Positions 30,634-40,877 of a stretch of 64,000 nt of DNA are shown one piece after another. The stretch is from Abditibacteriaceae bacterium. GTDB lineage: Bacteria > Armatimonadota > Abditibacteriia > Abditibacteriales > Abditibacteriaceae. The stretch is taken from the NCBI GenBank assembly GCA_965277285.1, contig OZ255721.1, forward strand, positions 2,112,001-2,176,000, read 5' to 3'. Below the pieces are notes generated by a model. The model made no database searches and was not told where the DNA came from. It saw only the letters and a program-made list of their open reading frames with translations. The position numbers and the translations under genes are program-made. The first letter of the stretch is position 1. Every line of letters begins with the position of its first letter.

Positions 30634-31536
30634 GTGACACATCTCAACGAACAATCGACTGCCGCGACGCTGCGCATCGGTTTGCCCAAAGGTTCTTTGC
30701 AGGACGCGACCATTCGCATGATGCGGCGCGCCGGCTGGAGCATCAACGTTTCCGAACGCTCTTATTATCCTTCTGTGGACGACAAAGAACTTACAATTGT
30801 GCTTTTGCGCGCTCAGGAAATCCCGCGCTACGTGCAAGATGGAGTACTCGATTGCGGCATTACCGGCTACGACAACGTGCTCGAAAGCGACGCCAACGTT
30901 CACGAAGTCGCCGAACTGATTTATTCTAAAGCGACTTCGCGCCCTTATCGTTGGGTGCTGGCCGTCCCGCACAATTCGCCGATCAAAAGCGCGCAAGATT
31001 TACAAGGCAAGCGCATCGCTACCGAACTCGTCAACGTCACCAAACGCTATCTTGAAAAAAACGGCGTGCAAGCCGATGTCGAATTTTCGTGGGGCGCCAC
31101 CGAAGTCAAAGTTCCCGACCTGGTGGACGCCATTGTCGAAGGCACCGAAACCGGCTCGACCTTGCGCGCCCACGGCCTGCAAATCATCGACGAACTGCTG
31201 TCGTCCACCACGCGCCTGATCGCCAATCACGGCGCGTGGAACGATGAATGGAAGCGCACCAAAATGACAAATATGGCGACGCTTTTGTGCGGCGCCATGG
31301 CAGCCGAATCGAAAGTCGGCTTGAAGATGAACGCGCCGCGCCGCGAATTGCCGCAGATTTTGGCGTTGTTGCCCTCGATGAAGCAGCCGACCGTTTCGCA
31401 ACTTTCTGATACCGCCGACTGGGTCGCCATCGAGATCGTCGCCGAAGAAGTCCACGTCCGCGACCTGATTCCGCAACTTCTTCAAGCGGGCGCCACTGGC
31501 ATTATCGAGTACTCGTTGAACAAAGTTATCGCTTAA
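30634..31536 (+). CDS. hisG: ATP phosphoribosyltransferase (long form)
   Basis: GLPKGSLQ, RAQEIP, RIATEL, FSWGATE, TGSTL; GTG start with AAGGA RBS. Confidence 0.95.
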   Translation: MTHLNEQSTAATLRIGLPKGSLQDATIRMMRRAGWSINVSERSYYPSVDDKELTIVLLRAQEIPRYVQDGVLDCGITGYDNVLESDANVHEVAELIYSKATSRPYRWVLAVPHNSPIKSAQDLQGKRIATELVNVTKRYLEKNGVQADVEFSWGATEVKVPDLVDAIVEGTETGSTLRAHGLQIIDELLSSTTRLIANHGAWNDEWKRTKMTNMATLLCGAMAAESKVGLKMNAPRRELPQILALLPSMKQPTVSQLSDTADWVAIEIVAEEVHVRDLIPQLLQAGATGIIEYSLNKVIA

Positions 31537-31610
31537 CTCAGGGACGAAGTGAAAGGTACGAGCGATGAGTTTTTGCGCTCTTTCCTTTCTTTCACCTCAT
31601 TCCTCATTCT

Positions 31611-32279
31611 ATGTTTCTCTTAGGTTTAACAGGCGACATCGCGTCGGGGAAAAGCACGGTCGCGCGCCTTTTGCAAGAGCGTGGCGCCACGCATTTAGAC
31701 GCTGATGCGCTGGTTCACGAACTTTACCGCGACCCAGATTTCGCACAACGATTGCAACGCCATTTGCAAACCTTCGCCGCGCATCGAGTACTCGATATAG
31801 TGGACGAAAACGGCGCGATTGTTCGTTCTGCGCTGGGGCTTTTAGTATTTGGCGACAAGGTGCTTTTGCGACATCTGGAAGAATTTGTGCATCCTGCGGT
31901 GGCCGCTTTGCGCGCGGAAAAGTTGCAGGAACTACAACTTCAATCGTCGCCTGAATCGCCGTCAATTAAATCGTCGTCACCTGTCGTGGTTCTCGAAGCC
32001 GTAAAATTGGTGGAAAGCGGACAGATTGTCGGATGCGACGCGCTCTGGTGGGTAACCGCATCGCGCGCAACGCAAATGCGGCGCTTAACGCAGGATCGCG
32101 GCCTGAGTGAAGAAGCGGCGCGCGAACGTTTAAGCAACCAACCGCCGCAAGAGGAGAAAATCGTGCAGATAGAAAAGTGTGGCGTGCCTTGGCGATTTCT
32201 TTCCAACGATGGATCACGCGCTGCATTGCAGGAAAGTGTGGCCGCAGCCTGGCAAGAACTTCAAATTTCAAAGCTTTAA
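31611..32279 (+). CDS. coaE: Dephospho-CoA kinase
   Basis: GLTGDIASGKST, DADALVH, LEEFVHPAV. Confidence 0.92.
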   Translation: MFLLGLTGDIASGKSTVARLLQERGATHLDADALVHELYRDPDFAQRLQRHLQTFAAHRVLDIVDENGAIVRSALGLLVFGDKVLLRHLEEFVHPAVAALRAEKLQELQLQSSPESPSIKSSSPVVVLEAVKLVESGQIVGCDALWWVTASRATQMRRLTQDRGLSEEAARERLSNQPPQEEKIVQIEKCGVPWRFLSNDGSRAALQESVAAAWQELQISKL

Positions 32280-32495
32280 TTAGCCGTCATGATTATTTGA
32301 ATTGGTATTGTTCATCCTCAAACTTGATGCATGAGAACGAGAAATGCGCGGAACATCAGCGCGCCTCAGCGTTTTGTGGCATAACAAAGCTGAACACTCG
32401 CTACAAGGAAGACAAATCTACGAAGCATTGCGCCGTGCGGCCACCAAGCGAACGTTTTTACAGTTTATGTACCTCGTTATGCACCAGGTTATTTT

Positions 32496-33527
32496 ATGTT
32501 AGTTCAAGACGAAATTGAGCCTCTTGACGATTTTCTGGACGACCCTCAGGAAACCGTCAACTTATATGAATTGCTGGATATTCCACCGGACGCGGACATC
32601 AAGCGCGTTCGCAAGCGTCTCGGCGAGATGTTTCTGGAAGCGCAAAACAACGTCGAACATCGCAACTTTCGTCGCCGCTTTTATTACCGCGAACTCATGG
32701 AAACGGTGCTGCCACGCGCGCGCCATCATCTACTCAACGTCGACAACCGCGAAGAATACGACCGTTCGCTGGGCATTTTGCCGCCATTGCCGCCACCGCC
32801 GGTCTTCATTCCACCACCGCCCTTATCCCACACGACAGAAGCAACTCCGTCTATCGTTTCAACAGCCAATTCTAAAGCACCGCCTGCTGCGCCGCCTGCC
32901 GTGCTAATCACGCCGCCCTATTTTCAATCGCCTTCCATGGCGATGCCTCCGCTTGCCGCGCCGTTAAAGCCAGTGCTCCCGCAAACGACAGAAGAAGAGG
33001 AAGAGGAAGAGGAAGTCGACTTCTCGAAATTTGCACCTTTCGTTGCTCCACCGACAACAGGAACTGCGGAAGCGAAGACGGTTCCGATGGATACCGTAAA
33101 TTCGACATTTGGCACGACTGCGGCTGCTGCAACACAGTTTTCAAATGACTTTCCAGAAGTTTCCCCAAACGTTGTTCCAGCGGTGCGGCGTGGCGGTGCG
33201 CCCGAACATTCGAGGATGGACGCCGAGCGTGTCGAGCGACGGCGCGATACCAAGCGGCGCGAACTTATCAAGCAGGAATTGCAGTCTGTGGGCACTAAAT
33301 GGGCAACTTTGTCGGGCAGCGGAGCCTTTATCGTTGTGATCGCTGTTTTATTCGGACTGAGTTTGGCGCCTGGTTTTTCCACTTTCCGAATATTGGCCGC
33401 TCCTATCGCTTTGGGCGCAGCAGTTCTTGCTGCTCGATACGCACACCGTGAAGCGCGCAAGCAGATTATCATCTTGCTGTCGCAAATGTCCTACGAACAA
33501 CTTTTGCGTCGCTGCGCACGAATGTAA
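32496..33527 (+). CDS. J-domain-like protein with Pro-rich linker and C-terminal TM hairpin
   Basis: NLYELLDI...REEYDRSL (no HPD motif); two C-terminal TMs. Confidence 0.5.
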   Translation: MLVQDEIEPLDDFLDDPQETVNLYELLDIPPDADIKRVRKRLGEMFLEAQNNVEHRNFRRRFYYRELMETVLPRARHHLLNVDNREEYDRSLGILPPLPPPPVFIPPPPLSHTTEATPSIVSTANSKAPPAAPPAVLITPPYFQSPSMAMPPLAAPLKPVLPQTTEEEEEEEEVDFSKFAPFVAPPTTGTAEAKTVPMDTVNSTFGTTAAAATQFSNDFPEVSPNVVPAVRRGGAPEHSRMDAERVERRRDTKRRELIKQELQSVGTKWATLSGSGAFIVVIAVLFGLSLAPGFSTFRILAAPIALGAAVLAARYAHREARKQIIILLSQMSYEQLLRRCARM

Positions 33528-33563
33528 AGCGATAGGAAACGAAAATCGAGTCGGATGTTTGTG

Positions 33564-33595
33564 GCATATCGAATCGAGTACTCGATTCGATATGC
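33564..33595. terminator. 32-bp perfect palindrome centred on ATCGAGTACTCGAT between convergent genes
   Basis: GCATATCGAATCGAGT|ACTCGATTCGATATGC. Confidence 0.6.
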
Positions 33596-33596
33596 T

Positions 33597-34478
33597 TCAA
33601 GCGAAAATCTTGCGATCCAGCGTTCGGTAGTTGATCGCTTCGGCGATATGATGCAATTGAATCGCTTCGCTGCTATCCAAATCGGCGACGGTGCGCGCGA
33701 CTTTCAAGATGCGGTCGTAAGCGCGCGCCGACAGCGAAAATTGATGAATGGCGGCTTTCAGCAAGTCTTGAGCGCCATCGTCCAAATTACAATGTAGCCG
33801 CAATTGTTTTGCGTGCAATTGCGCGTTGCACGTCAAGCCGTCGTCTTTCAACCGTTCGACCTGAATTTTCCGCGCCGTTTCGACGCGATGCCGCACCGTC
33901 GCCGAACTTTCGCCGATGGCCTTGCTCATCAAATCCTGCGGGCTTAAACGTGGCACTTCGATATGAATGTCGATGCGGTCGAGCAAAGGCCCCGAGATGC
34001 GCGCCAGATAACGTCGGATTTGAGTACTCGAACACACGCAGGCGCGCCGCGCATCGCCATAAAAACCGCAGGGACACGGATTCATGCTCGCAATGAGTTG
34101 AAACTTGGCGGGAAACGACAAGCTTTGCGCCGCCCGCGAAATCGTGACGTGCCCATCTTCCAAAGGTTGACGCAGCACTTCCAAAACGTCGCGATGAAAT
34201 TCGGCCATCTCGTCCAAAAACAGCACGCCATGATGCGCCAGGCTGATTTCGCCCGGACGCGGAAACGAGCCGCCACCGACCAGACCCGCATGCGAAACCG
34301 TGTGATGCGGCGCCCGAAAAGGCCGCTCAGAAACCAAACCTTTGTCCGTGCTCAGCAAGCCCGCAACGGAATACAACTTCGTGCATTCGAGCGCTTCGTT
34401 CAGCAATAAAGGCGGCAAAATCGTCGGCAAGCGCCGCGCCAACAACGTTTTTCCTGCGCCTGGGCTTCCTATCAAAAG
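33597..34478 (-). pseudogene. comM: comM/yifB Mg-chelatase-like AAA+ ATPase, 3' part (interrupted)
   Basis: GSPGAGKT, RPFRAPHH, GEISLAHHGVLFLDE, MNPCPCG, ISGPLLDRID. Confidence 0.93.
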
Positions 34479-34496
34479 AATGCTCGCAACAGTTAA
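34477..34496. other. att junction, left end of integrated element
   Basis: AG crossover at 34477-78 followed by AATGC-TCGCAACAGTTAA; the 13-mer is the inverted copy of 63436-63448. Confidence 0.85.
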
Positions 34497-34582
34497 GAAC
34501 GATGTGATTAGTGTTCGCATTGAAGTTACTGATCCCCATTCCATGTGTGAGGCTATGTGAGGTAAATTAAGGCAATCGTATC

Positions 34583-35385
34583 GGTATTGGATTTTAGTGC
34601 GGTGTTGCTGTAAATTTCATATATGGTGACTTTGACTTATGCCTGCGTGCATTGCGGTTTGAGCGACCGGGTGTTTCGCAACGGTTTCAATCGTGGCGGC
34701 TCGCAACGTTTGAAGTGTGGCACCTGCCAGCGGAGTTGGACGCCCCAACCCAGCAGCCGCGCACTGAGTGCGGAAAAAGAAGTCTTGCTTGTGGCGGCCT
34801 TGCACGAGCGGCTTTCGCAGCGCGCCAGTGCTCGCACCTTTAAAGTAGCGCGCACCACGATTCGCGCTTTGTCCCAAAAAAAGCCCGGCAAGCGCGCTTG
34901 AGTTTTGCAGATACACTTTTGGGCGAGGTCAAGGGCGACGCTCTGGAACTGGACGAGTTGGTGATTCGCTTTCGATTCAAGCGGCGCTATCTGTATTTGT
35001 GGATTGCGGTTTCGTGCTTGACACGGCAAGTGATCGGCTTTTATATCGGTGACCGCTCTTTCGAGAGTTTATGGGCTTTGTGGTTTTCCTTACCCGCGCT
35101 GTATCGAAGAAAACTGGTTTACAGCGACTTTTACCAAGTCTATGCCAGGATGTTCGCACCTTGGCAACACAGGCCAAGTGGCAAAGGCAGTGGTCAGACC
35201 AGTTTGGTCGAAGGCTTGAACAACAAGTCGCGCAACCGCGTATCGGCACTGGTCAGAAAAACAGTTTGTGTGCAGTCGCTCACAGACCTGGAAAACCGCT
35301 TGTGGATGGTGATTCACCAACACAATCTGCTCTGTCTCAAACGCATAGAAAAACTTATCAAATCACCGCACTAAAATCCAATACC
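34583..35385 (+). mobile_element. IS1-family insertion sequence
   Basis: 22-bp perfect TIR GGTATTGGATTTTAGTGCGGTG; InsA (34623-34901, zinc finger/HTH) and InsB (to 35374) overlapping near an A7 slippery run around 34876. Confidence 0.88.
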
Positions 35386-35413
35386 CATACAGACAGATAT
35401 AATAGAAAACATT

Positions 35414-36004
35414 ATGGCATTCACAGATGCTTTCAAGATTTTTCCCATTCTGAATACAGAGCGCCTTATCCTGAGGCAGCTCACGCCAGAAGATGCAGAG
35501 GCTTATCACCACCAACAGATGACGGCGCAGGCTTTGTCGGGAGCGTCGGGAGCAGCATGGTCATTTGGTGGCGAAATGGAGTCAGTAGAAAAGGCACGAA
35601 GTTGGATTGGTTTTGCGAACAATGCGTGGAAGAAGAAGTCACGCCTCAGATGGGGCATTTGCCTCAAGAGTGATAAGGCGCTCATTGGAACCTGCGAGTT
35701 GTTCGACTTTTCCAATCAATCCAAAGCCGAAATCGGATATTGGCTTGGAGCGGAGCATCAATGTAAGGGATTGATGTCGGAAGCAGTTACAGAAGTTGTC
35801 AAATTTGGGTTTGAATCAATTAACTTGCATCGTATTTATGCCGTTACTTCGGTTTCAAACCTTCCCTCACTTAGAATGTTAGAAAAGGCTGGCTTTCAGC
35901 AAGAAGGTATTCTACGGCAGCATTCATTGCGAAATGGTGTGTGGGACGATTCTGTAATCGCTGCGATTTTGCGGAGCGACCGCCCTGCTGCGCCCAGCTT
36001 CTAG
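35414..36004 (+). CDS. GNAT N-acetyltransferase, RimJ/RimL type (cassette)
   Basis: TERLILR, AEIGYWL, GLMSEA, LEKAGFQQEG. Confidence 0.88.
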   Translation: MAFTDAFKIFPILNTERLILRQLTPEDAEAYHHQQMTAQALSGASGAAWSFGGEMESVEKARSWIGFANNAWKKKSRLRWGICLKSDKALIGTCELFDFSNQSKAEIGYWLGAEHQCKGLMSEAVTEVVKFGFESINLHRIYAVTSVSNLPSLRMLEKAGFQQEGILRQHSLRNGVWDDSVIAAILRSDRPAAPSF

Positions 36005-36031
36005 CCAGGCGCTATAATTTCAATTAACTCT

Positions 36032-36541
36032 ATGCTGTATATTTTTGGTGGATTGCCTGGGACAGGAAAATCAACACTTGCAGCCGCTCTTGCCCGCCGC
36101 AGCAATGCTGTCTATCTTCGGATCGACACTATCGAACAGGCTGTGAGGGATTCGGGCTTAAGTGGGGGTGGGCCGGTTGGTTACATTGTGGGTTACAAGC
36201 TGGCATCAGAGAATCTTCGTTTGGGTGCGGACGTTGTTGTGGATTCTGTCAATCCCATTAGCATCACGCGCACGGCTTGGCAGAATGTCGCGGCGCAAGC
36301 AAAAGTCCCTTATATCGAAATTGAGATAGCCTGCTCCAATTTACAGGAACATCGTAACCGCGTCGAATCACGCCAATCGGATATTTCCGGTCACAGATTA
36401 CCTACTTGGAACGAGGTTGCAGAACTGCAATACGAGCAATGGAATACCGACCATATAGTACTCGATACCGCTGGACATTCAACCAATGAAAGCATTTCTC
36501 ATCTATTCAATGCGGTGGGCAACTTGTGCGTCAAATCGTAA
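36032..36541 (+). CDS. AAA_33-type P-loop kinase (cassette)
   Basis: GLPGTGKST, YLRIDTIE, VVDSVNP. Confidence 0.8.
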   Translation: MLYIFGGLPGTGKSTLAAALARRSNAVYLRIDTIEQAVRDSGLSGGGPVGYIVGYKLASENLRLGADVVVDSVNPISITRTAWQNVAAQAKVPYIEIEIACSNLQEHRNRVESRQSDISGHRLPTWNEVAELQYEQWNTDHIVLDTAGHSTNESISHLFNAVGNLCVKS

Positions 36542-36597
36542 TTGCAACGAAACAACAACGGCAGAATAAGGCGCTACGCCCAACCACCTACAACTAA

Positions 36598-36692
36598 TAA
36601 TTGGCAATAATATCCTTGACACCTAAAACCACGATGTTGCCGAGCTTCGCCTGAATACAAACCTTGCTCTGTATCCGCTACGATGCCGATTA
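36598..36692. mobile_element. ~95-bp MITE-like element inserted in an attC site
   Basis: 72-bp core 36603-36674 matches the reverse complement of 45972-46043 at 69/72; ends resemble TAATTGGCA inverted repeats. Confidence 0.6.
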
Positions 36693-36761
36693 AGTGCGGT
36701 GTAATAAGATTGTTTTGTCGCGGCGCGCAGCTTGGATGCGTGCAATAGCGGCATAATATGA

Positions 36762-37259
36762 ATGATGAAACAACGCTCACCTGAAGACGCAGTAGCAAAA
36801 AATATACTGGCAGATGAGGTCATTGAACTTCGGCTACTTCGAGTACTCGGTTGCGAGGACACTGCGATGCGCCCGCCTGAGGCACAGTTTCTCTGTCGTG
36901 CGCCCGAACATCGTTTTGCCATTCATCGCCAAATCGACGGCCTACGCGTAGGACGCATTCATTTTCGCGTTACTGGTGATGAGACTATTGTTAGTGCTGT
37001 AGGCCACACTGGATATGAAGTAGATGTAATACATCGTCGTAATGGTTACGCGGTTCGCGCTATTCGGCTCATCATTCGTTTGGCTCGTGAATACAATGTT
37101 GTCCCTCTTTGGGTGTTGATTGAGCCGGAAAACATTGCTTCACGCAGAGCCGCCGAGCGAGCAGGATTTCAACTAGTAGATACAATAAACACCAGACCCG
37201 AAGCAGTAATTCTTGGTATTGGCCCGCAGGTTTGCCGTTATATTATCGAGCAGCCATAA
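36762..37259 (+). CDS. GNAT family acetyltransferase (cassette)
   Basis: GHTGYEV..HRRNGYA, PENIASRR. Confidence 0.75.
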   Translation: MMKQRSPEDAVAKNILADEVIELRLLRVLGCEDTAMRPPEAQFLCRAPEHRFAIHRQIDGLRVGRIHFRVTGDETIVSAVGHTGYEVDVIHRRNGYAVRAIRLIIRLAREYNVVPLWVLIEPENIASRRAAERAGFQLVDTINTRPEAVILGIGPQVCRYIIEQP

Positions 37260-37290
37260 AAATACGTTCATTGCAAGCCAATCAACCGCG

Positions 37291-37374
37291 CTGGAACAGG
37301 CGCTGACCCCGACCATCTAAGCTCGTGCTTCGCCTCGGTCTCTATGCTTCCGGCGGGCGAGCTTGGTCGTTAGC
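37291..37374 (+). repeat. attC site
   Basis: GAACAGGCGCTGACCCCGAC...GGCGGGCGAGCTTGGTCGTTAGCC. Confidence 0.75.
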
Positions 37375-37411
37375 CCGTCGCGTGTGGTTTCAAAAGCGAT
37401 TTGTTAATATA

Positions 37412-38140
37412 ATGGACATCGCTATGTTCGAGAAACCTATAGTTCAAGTGATTGAAGAAATGATTGGCTCCAACTATTATCGGGCCCTCATTTGGGCTGG
37501 TGGCCATGCTAATCATTCACCACATAGCCGGTCAGATGTCGATTTGTATGCCGTGTCGCACAATGTGTTTCCCGATCATTGGGTCGGAGAGCGAGTAGCG
37601 GAACGTAGGGTTGAGTTAACTGTTTATCCACTGGAACAATGGCAGGAAATTCTCTCAAGACCCTACCGACATCCTAAACATCATTACACCTTCGCACACG
37701 GTCGTGTCGTTTATGATCCTGAAAATCTTTTCCCTGCTCTGTCTGAACTTGGCGCAACGGTGCTGGCCAGCAGTTGGGACGCTGGTCCCGAGCGAATTGA
37801 ATCGCTGCGAAACATTGTAGCGATTTCGCACGATAAAACTCTGGGTTATCGGGAGAAGAACCAACCTCTACACCTCCGCTATCTGGCAATTGGATGCGTT
37901 CATGCAACTTGTGAATTGTTGGTCACCCTGTGGGATGGCTATGCCGTTGATGGAGGCAAGAATTTAACGCGGGTGCTAAATCATCCTGATTGCCCAGCAA
38001 GCATCAAGAATTCATTAACGAAGCTACTCTCCAGCCCGGATACCAATGGAATGGCGGATGCTGCCAATACTCTCTGTCAACAGTGCTTGGAGTACTCCGG
38101 CGGGCCATTGACTTCATTTCGCGGTGGTATCCCCCGATAG
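37412..38140 (+). CDS. Nucleotidyltransferase-like protein (cassette)
   Basis: GG...RSDVDLY Pol-beta-like motif; true start downstream of attC. Confidence 0.6.
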   Translation: MDIAMFEKPIVQVIEEMIGSNYYRALIWAGGHANHSPHSRSDVDLYAVSHNVFPDHWVGERVAERRVELTVYPLEQWQEILSRPYRHPKHHYTFAHGRVVYDPENLFPALSELGATVLASSWDAGPERIESLRNIVAISHDKTLGYREKNQPLHLRYLAIGCVHATCELLVTLWDGYAVDGGKNLTRVLNHPDCPASIKNSLTKLLSSPDTNGMADAANTLCQQCLEYSGGPLTSFRGGIPR

Positions 38141-38151
38141 CTGAAGACAAC

Positions 38152-38224
38152 AGTGCAACAAGGTGCTGAACCCGGACGCCTGTGGCTTCGTTCCTTGCGC
38201 TGTTGAACTCGGCTTTGTTGAAGC
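38152..38224 (+). repeat. attC site, degenerate
   Basis: GTGCAACAAGGTGCTGAACCCGGAC...GAACTCGGCTTTGTTGAAG. Confidence 0.55.
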
Positions 38225-38239
38225 GGTTACATTGAAATT

Positions 38240-38623
38240 ATGAACAATAAAGCGCAAAACCACGAGCTAATCGAATTAGCCAGAACTATTATTGCGACGC
38301 GTTTCAAACAGGATTATCATCACATCGGCTGCGCTCTACGGACACGATCTGGACAACTTTTTTGTGCTGTTCACCTCGAAGCCTACATTGGGCGAATAGC
38401 CGTGTGCGCTGAAGCTGTTGCTATTGGCATGGCTGCTTCAGCCGGTGATACAGATATTGAGGCGATTGTCGCCGTTGACCGACACGGTAATATCGTGTCG
38501 CCATGTGGAATGTGTCGAGAACTCATCTCTGATTATTCAGATGATTGTTTGGTTATCATATCGCAAGAAGAAGTTGTTCCGGTTCTTGAGTTACTTCCAC
38601 GAAAGTACACTCGCCAAGAATAA
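38240..38623 (+). CDS. Cytidine deaminase family (blasticidin-S-deaminase-like) (cassette)
   Basis: VCAE...SPCGMCRE zinc motif. Confidence 0.85.
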   Translation: MNNKAQNHELIELARTIIATRFKQDYHHIGCALRTRSGQLFCAVHLEAYIGRIAVCAEAVAIGMAASAGDTDIEAIVAVDRHGNIVSPCGMCRELISDYSDDCLVIISQEEVVPVLELLPRKYTRQE

Positions 38624-38631
38624 ACAACAGC

Positions 38632-38710
38632 AGTACAACAAAGCGCTTCGCCCGACATACTACAACGCTTTGTTTCTCTCCATCCCGAGGGGCAAGCTTG
38701 GTGGTTAGAA
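38632..38710 (+). repeat. attC site, degenerate
   Basis: TACAACAAAGCGCTTCGCCCGAC...GCAAGCTTGGTGGTTAGAA. Confidence 0.65.
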
Positions 38711-38751
38711 CGCCGCGTAATACTTCCTGTGTGCGGCAAACAGGTGAACAT

Positions 38752-39261
38752 ATGATTGGACTACAGCGTGGCACGGTCAAATTAGCTCCCTACTCTTTGC
38801 AGTGGCCCATTTTATTTGAGGAGGAAAAACAACTTCTCATGCAGATTTTGGGTCAACTGGCGCTCGATATTCAGCATATCGGTAGCACAGCAGTGCCAAA
38901 CCTGAGCGCTAAGCCCATCATTGACATTGGGGTTTATGTGCCGGATGCCCAATCCATCGCTTCGAGTGTTCCTCCCCTCATGAAGGCCGGATATGAATAT
39001 TTTGGTGATAGAAGCGATACGGGCGACCATTTCTTCGCCAAGGGTTCAGAAGTTTGCCGCACTCACTATTTGCATATGAAAGTGGCAGGAAATCCGAAGT
39101 GGCAAGATGACTTGAAATTTCGAGACTGCCTCAGGACAAACGCCGCCGCCAGAATGGAATATGGGATGTTGAAGCAAAAGTTGGCATCAACGCATGCACA
39201 AGATCGTAAGAGTTATACGCAAACCAAATGCCATTTCATTCAACGGGTTCTTCAAAGCTGA
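38752..39261 (+). CDS. GrpB family protein (cassette)
   Basis: IQHIGSTAVPNLSAKPIIDI, FRDCLR, YTQTK. Confidence 0.88.
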   Translation: MIGLQRGTVKLAPYSLQWPILFEEEKQLLMQILGQLALDIQHIGSTAVPNLSAKPIIDIGVYVPDAQSIASSVPPLMKAGYEYFGDRSDTGDHFFAKGSEVCRTHYLHMKVAGNPKWQDDLKFRDCLRTNAAARMEYGMLKQKLASTHAQDRKSYTQTKCHFIQRVLQS

Positions 39262-39273
39262 AATTTCTCATCG

Positions 39274-39359
39274 CGCTGACAAGGCGCTGCACTGCGGCTC
39301 TGTTCACTTCGGTTATTCTTCCCTTGACTTTCTGCGGCGGGTGAACTTGGTCGTTAGGT
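39274..39359 (+). repeat. attC site
   Basis: CTGACAAGGCGCTGCAC...GCGGCGGGTGAACTTGGTCGTTAGGT. Confidence 0.7.
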
Positions 39360-39417
39360 CGCTAATATGAGCAGTGCAGTGACCTAAGCCGAATCCATTG
39401 GACAATGAATAGACGAT

Positions 39418-39912
39418 ATGGCAACATTATTGCGGAATACAGAAGAAATCGAACTTTGCAGCCGTGGACATCGCTGGATCATGTCATGGCATTCGCCACC
39501 TGAAGCACCTGTGGGGACGAAGCACGGGGCAGCCGGTATTTGCGTGGACAAGAACGGCAAAGTTGTCGTGATTTCCACTGACGAAATCTCTTGGGACTTC
39601 CCCGCTGGGCGGCCCGAAGGCGACGAAGATTGGGAACAGACACTGCACCGTGAGATGCTTGAAGAAGCGCGTTCGGTCGTGATAGAGGCACGGCTGCTCG
39701 GATTTTCTCGGGGGCGTCGTGTAGAGGGCGATAAAATCGGCCCTCCTCTTGTTCGTTCTATCTGGCTTGCCCAAGTTAATCTGCTGGATTGGAACCCGCA
39801 GTTTGAGATTCGTTTCCGTAAGCTACTTCTTCCACCGCAAGCCATAAAGCTTGTCTTGCCCGAATATGAGCGGCTTTGGGCGCGTGCTTTTTATGAGGCG
39901 GGTATTGATTGA
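39418..39912 (+). CDS. NUDIX hydrolase (cassette)
   Basis: PAGRPEGDEDWEQTLHREMLEEA Nudix box. Confidence 0.8.
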   Translation: MATLLRNTEEIELCSRGHRWIMSWHSPPEAPVGTKHGAAGICVDKNGKVVVISTDEISWDFPAGRPEGDEDWEQTLHREMLEEARSVVIEARLLGFSRGRRVEGDKIGPPLVRSIWLAQVNLLDWNPQFEIRFRKLLLPPQAIKLVLPEYERLWARAFYEAGID

Positions 39913-39938
39913 TAATGGCTGTGTTTCACGGTTGGGCC

Positions 39939-39998
39939 AGCCTAGCAAGTTCGATTGCCCTTCTTGGCAGGCGTCGCAGGTGAGCTTTGGCGTTGTGT
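39939..39998 (+). repeat. attC site, degenerate
   Basis: GCCTAGCAAG...GCAGGTGAGCTTTGGCGTTGTGT. Confidence 0.55.
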
Positions 39999-40078
39999 GG
40001 CTTGCGCGCTATGTAAAGACAACTGATACTTCCATGTGTGGCTGCGTGAGACCGGGTTATGTATAAAAATGAGAACTG

Positions 40079-40654
40079 ATGGCAGCACTTCTTCTGATTC
40101 AGATGTCTGGTGTTCCCGGCGCTGGCAAAAGCACGCTGGCGCGCATGATTGGCCGTCAAACCGGTTCTGTGGTGCTCGATCACGATGTAGTTAAGAGTGC
40201 TCTGCTGGAGGCTGGCGTGCCATGGTCGGACGCTGGACGGGCTTCATATCAAACTTTACAGATGCTCGCCAAGTCTCTGCTCGACCAAGATCGCAGCGTT
40301 GTCCTTGATAGTCCGTGCTTTTATCAAGACTTACTTAATGCCGGATTGCGCATAGCAGAAGAAACCGGCGCCTGCTATCGTTATGTGGAGTGTGTTGTTG
40401 ATAACTTCTCCGAGATTGACCGCCGACTGCGGGGCCGCACTTCTTTACGTAGCCAGCGTGCCGCCCTTGACGCACCGCCCGCCTCGTTCTCCAGCGTCGA
40501 AGCCGTCTTGGGCGAAGACCTCTTCCATGAATGGATTAACAACATGAAGCGTCCACCGCATTCTTATTTGCGAGTAGACACTTCCAAACCACTATCGGAA
40601 TATTTGCCACAAGTCTTTACCTTCCTTGCCGAGTGTAATGGAAATGAGGAGTGA
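40079..40654 (+). CDS. AAA_33-type P-loop kinase (cassette)
   Basis: QMSGVPGAGKST, DHDVVKS, VVLDSPC. Confidence 0.8.
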   Translation: MAALLLIQMSGVPGAGKSTLARMIGRQTGSVVLDHDVVKSALLEAGVPWSDAGRASYQTLQMLAKSLLDQDRSVVLDSPCFYQDLLNAGLRIAEETGACYRYVECVVDNFSEIDRRLRGRTSLRSQRAALDAPPASFSSVEAVLGEDLFHEWINNMKRPPHSYLRVDTSKPLSEYLPQVFTFLAECNGNEE

Positions 40655-40668
40655 CCCACTAATAAGCC

Positions 40669-40766
40669 ACGCAACAAGGTGCTGAACCCGACTGCCTACA
40701 GCCTGCGCTTTGGTCGTTCCTCCCTTCGCTCCGGGTTCCGGCGGCGGGTGAACTTGGTCGTTCGGC
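40669..40766 (+). repeat. attC site
   Basis: ACGCAACAAGGTGCTGAACCCGAC...GGCGGGTGAACTTGGTCGTTCGGC. Confidence 0.85.
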
Positions 40767-40877
40767 GGCTGCGAATAGCTTAGTTGCACGCCGAAAAAAG
40801 GTCTTGACAGATGCTGGCTAGTGATTTAAGATTGCCTTTGCTGATTTCATCAATTCGAGTGAAATACGGAGGTAACT

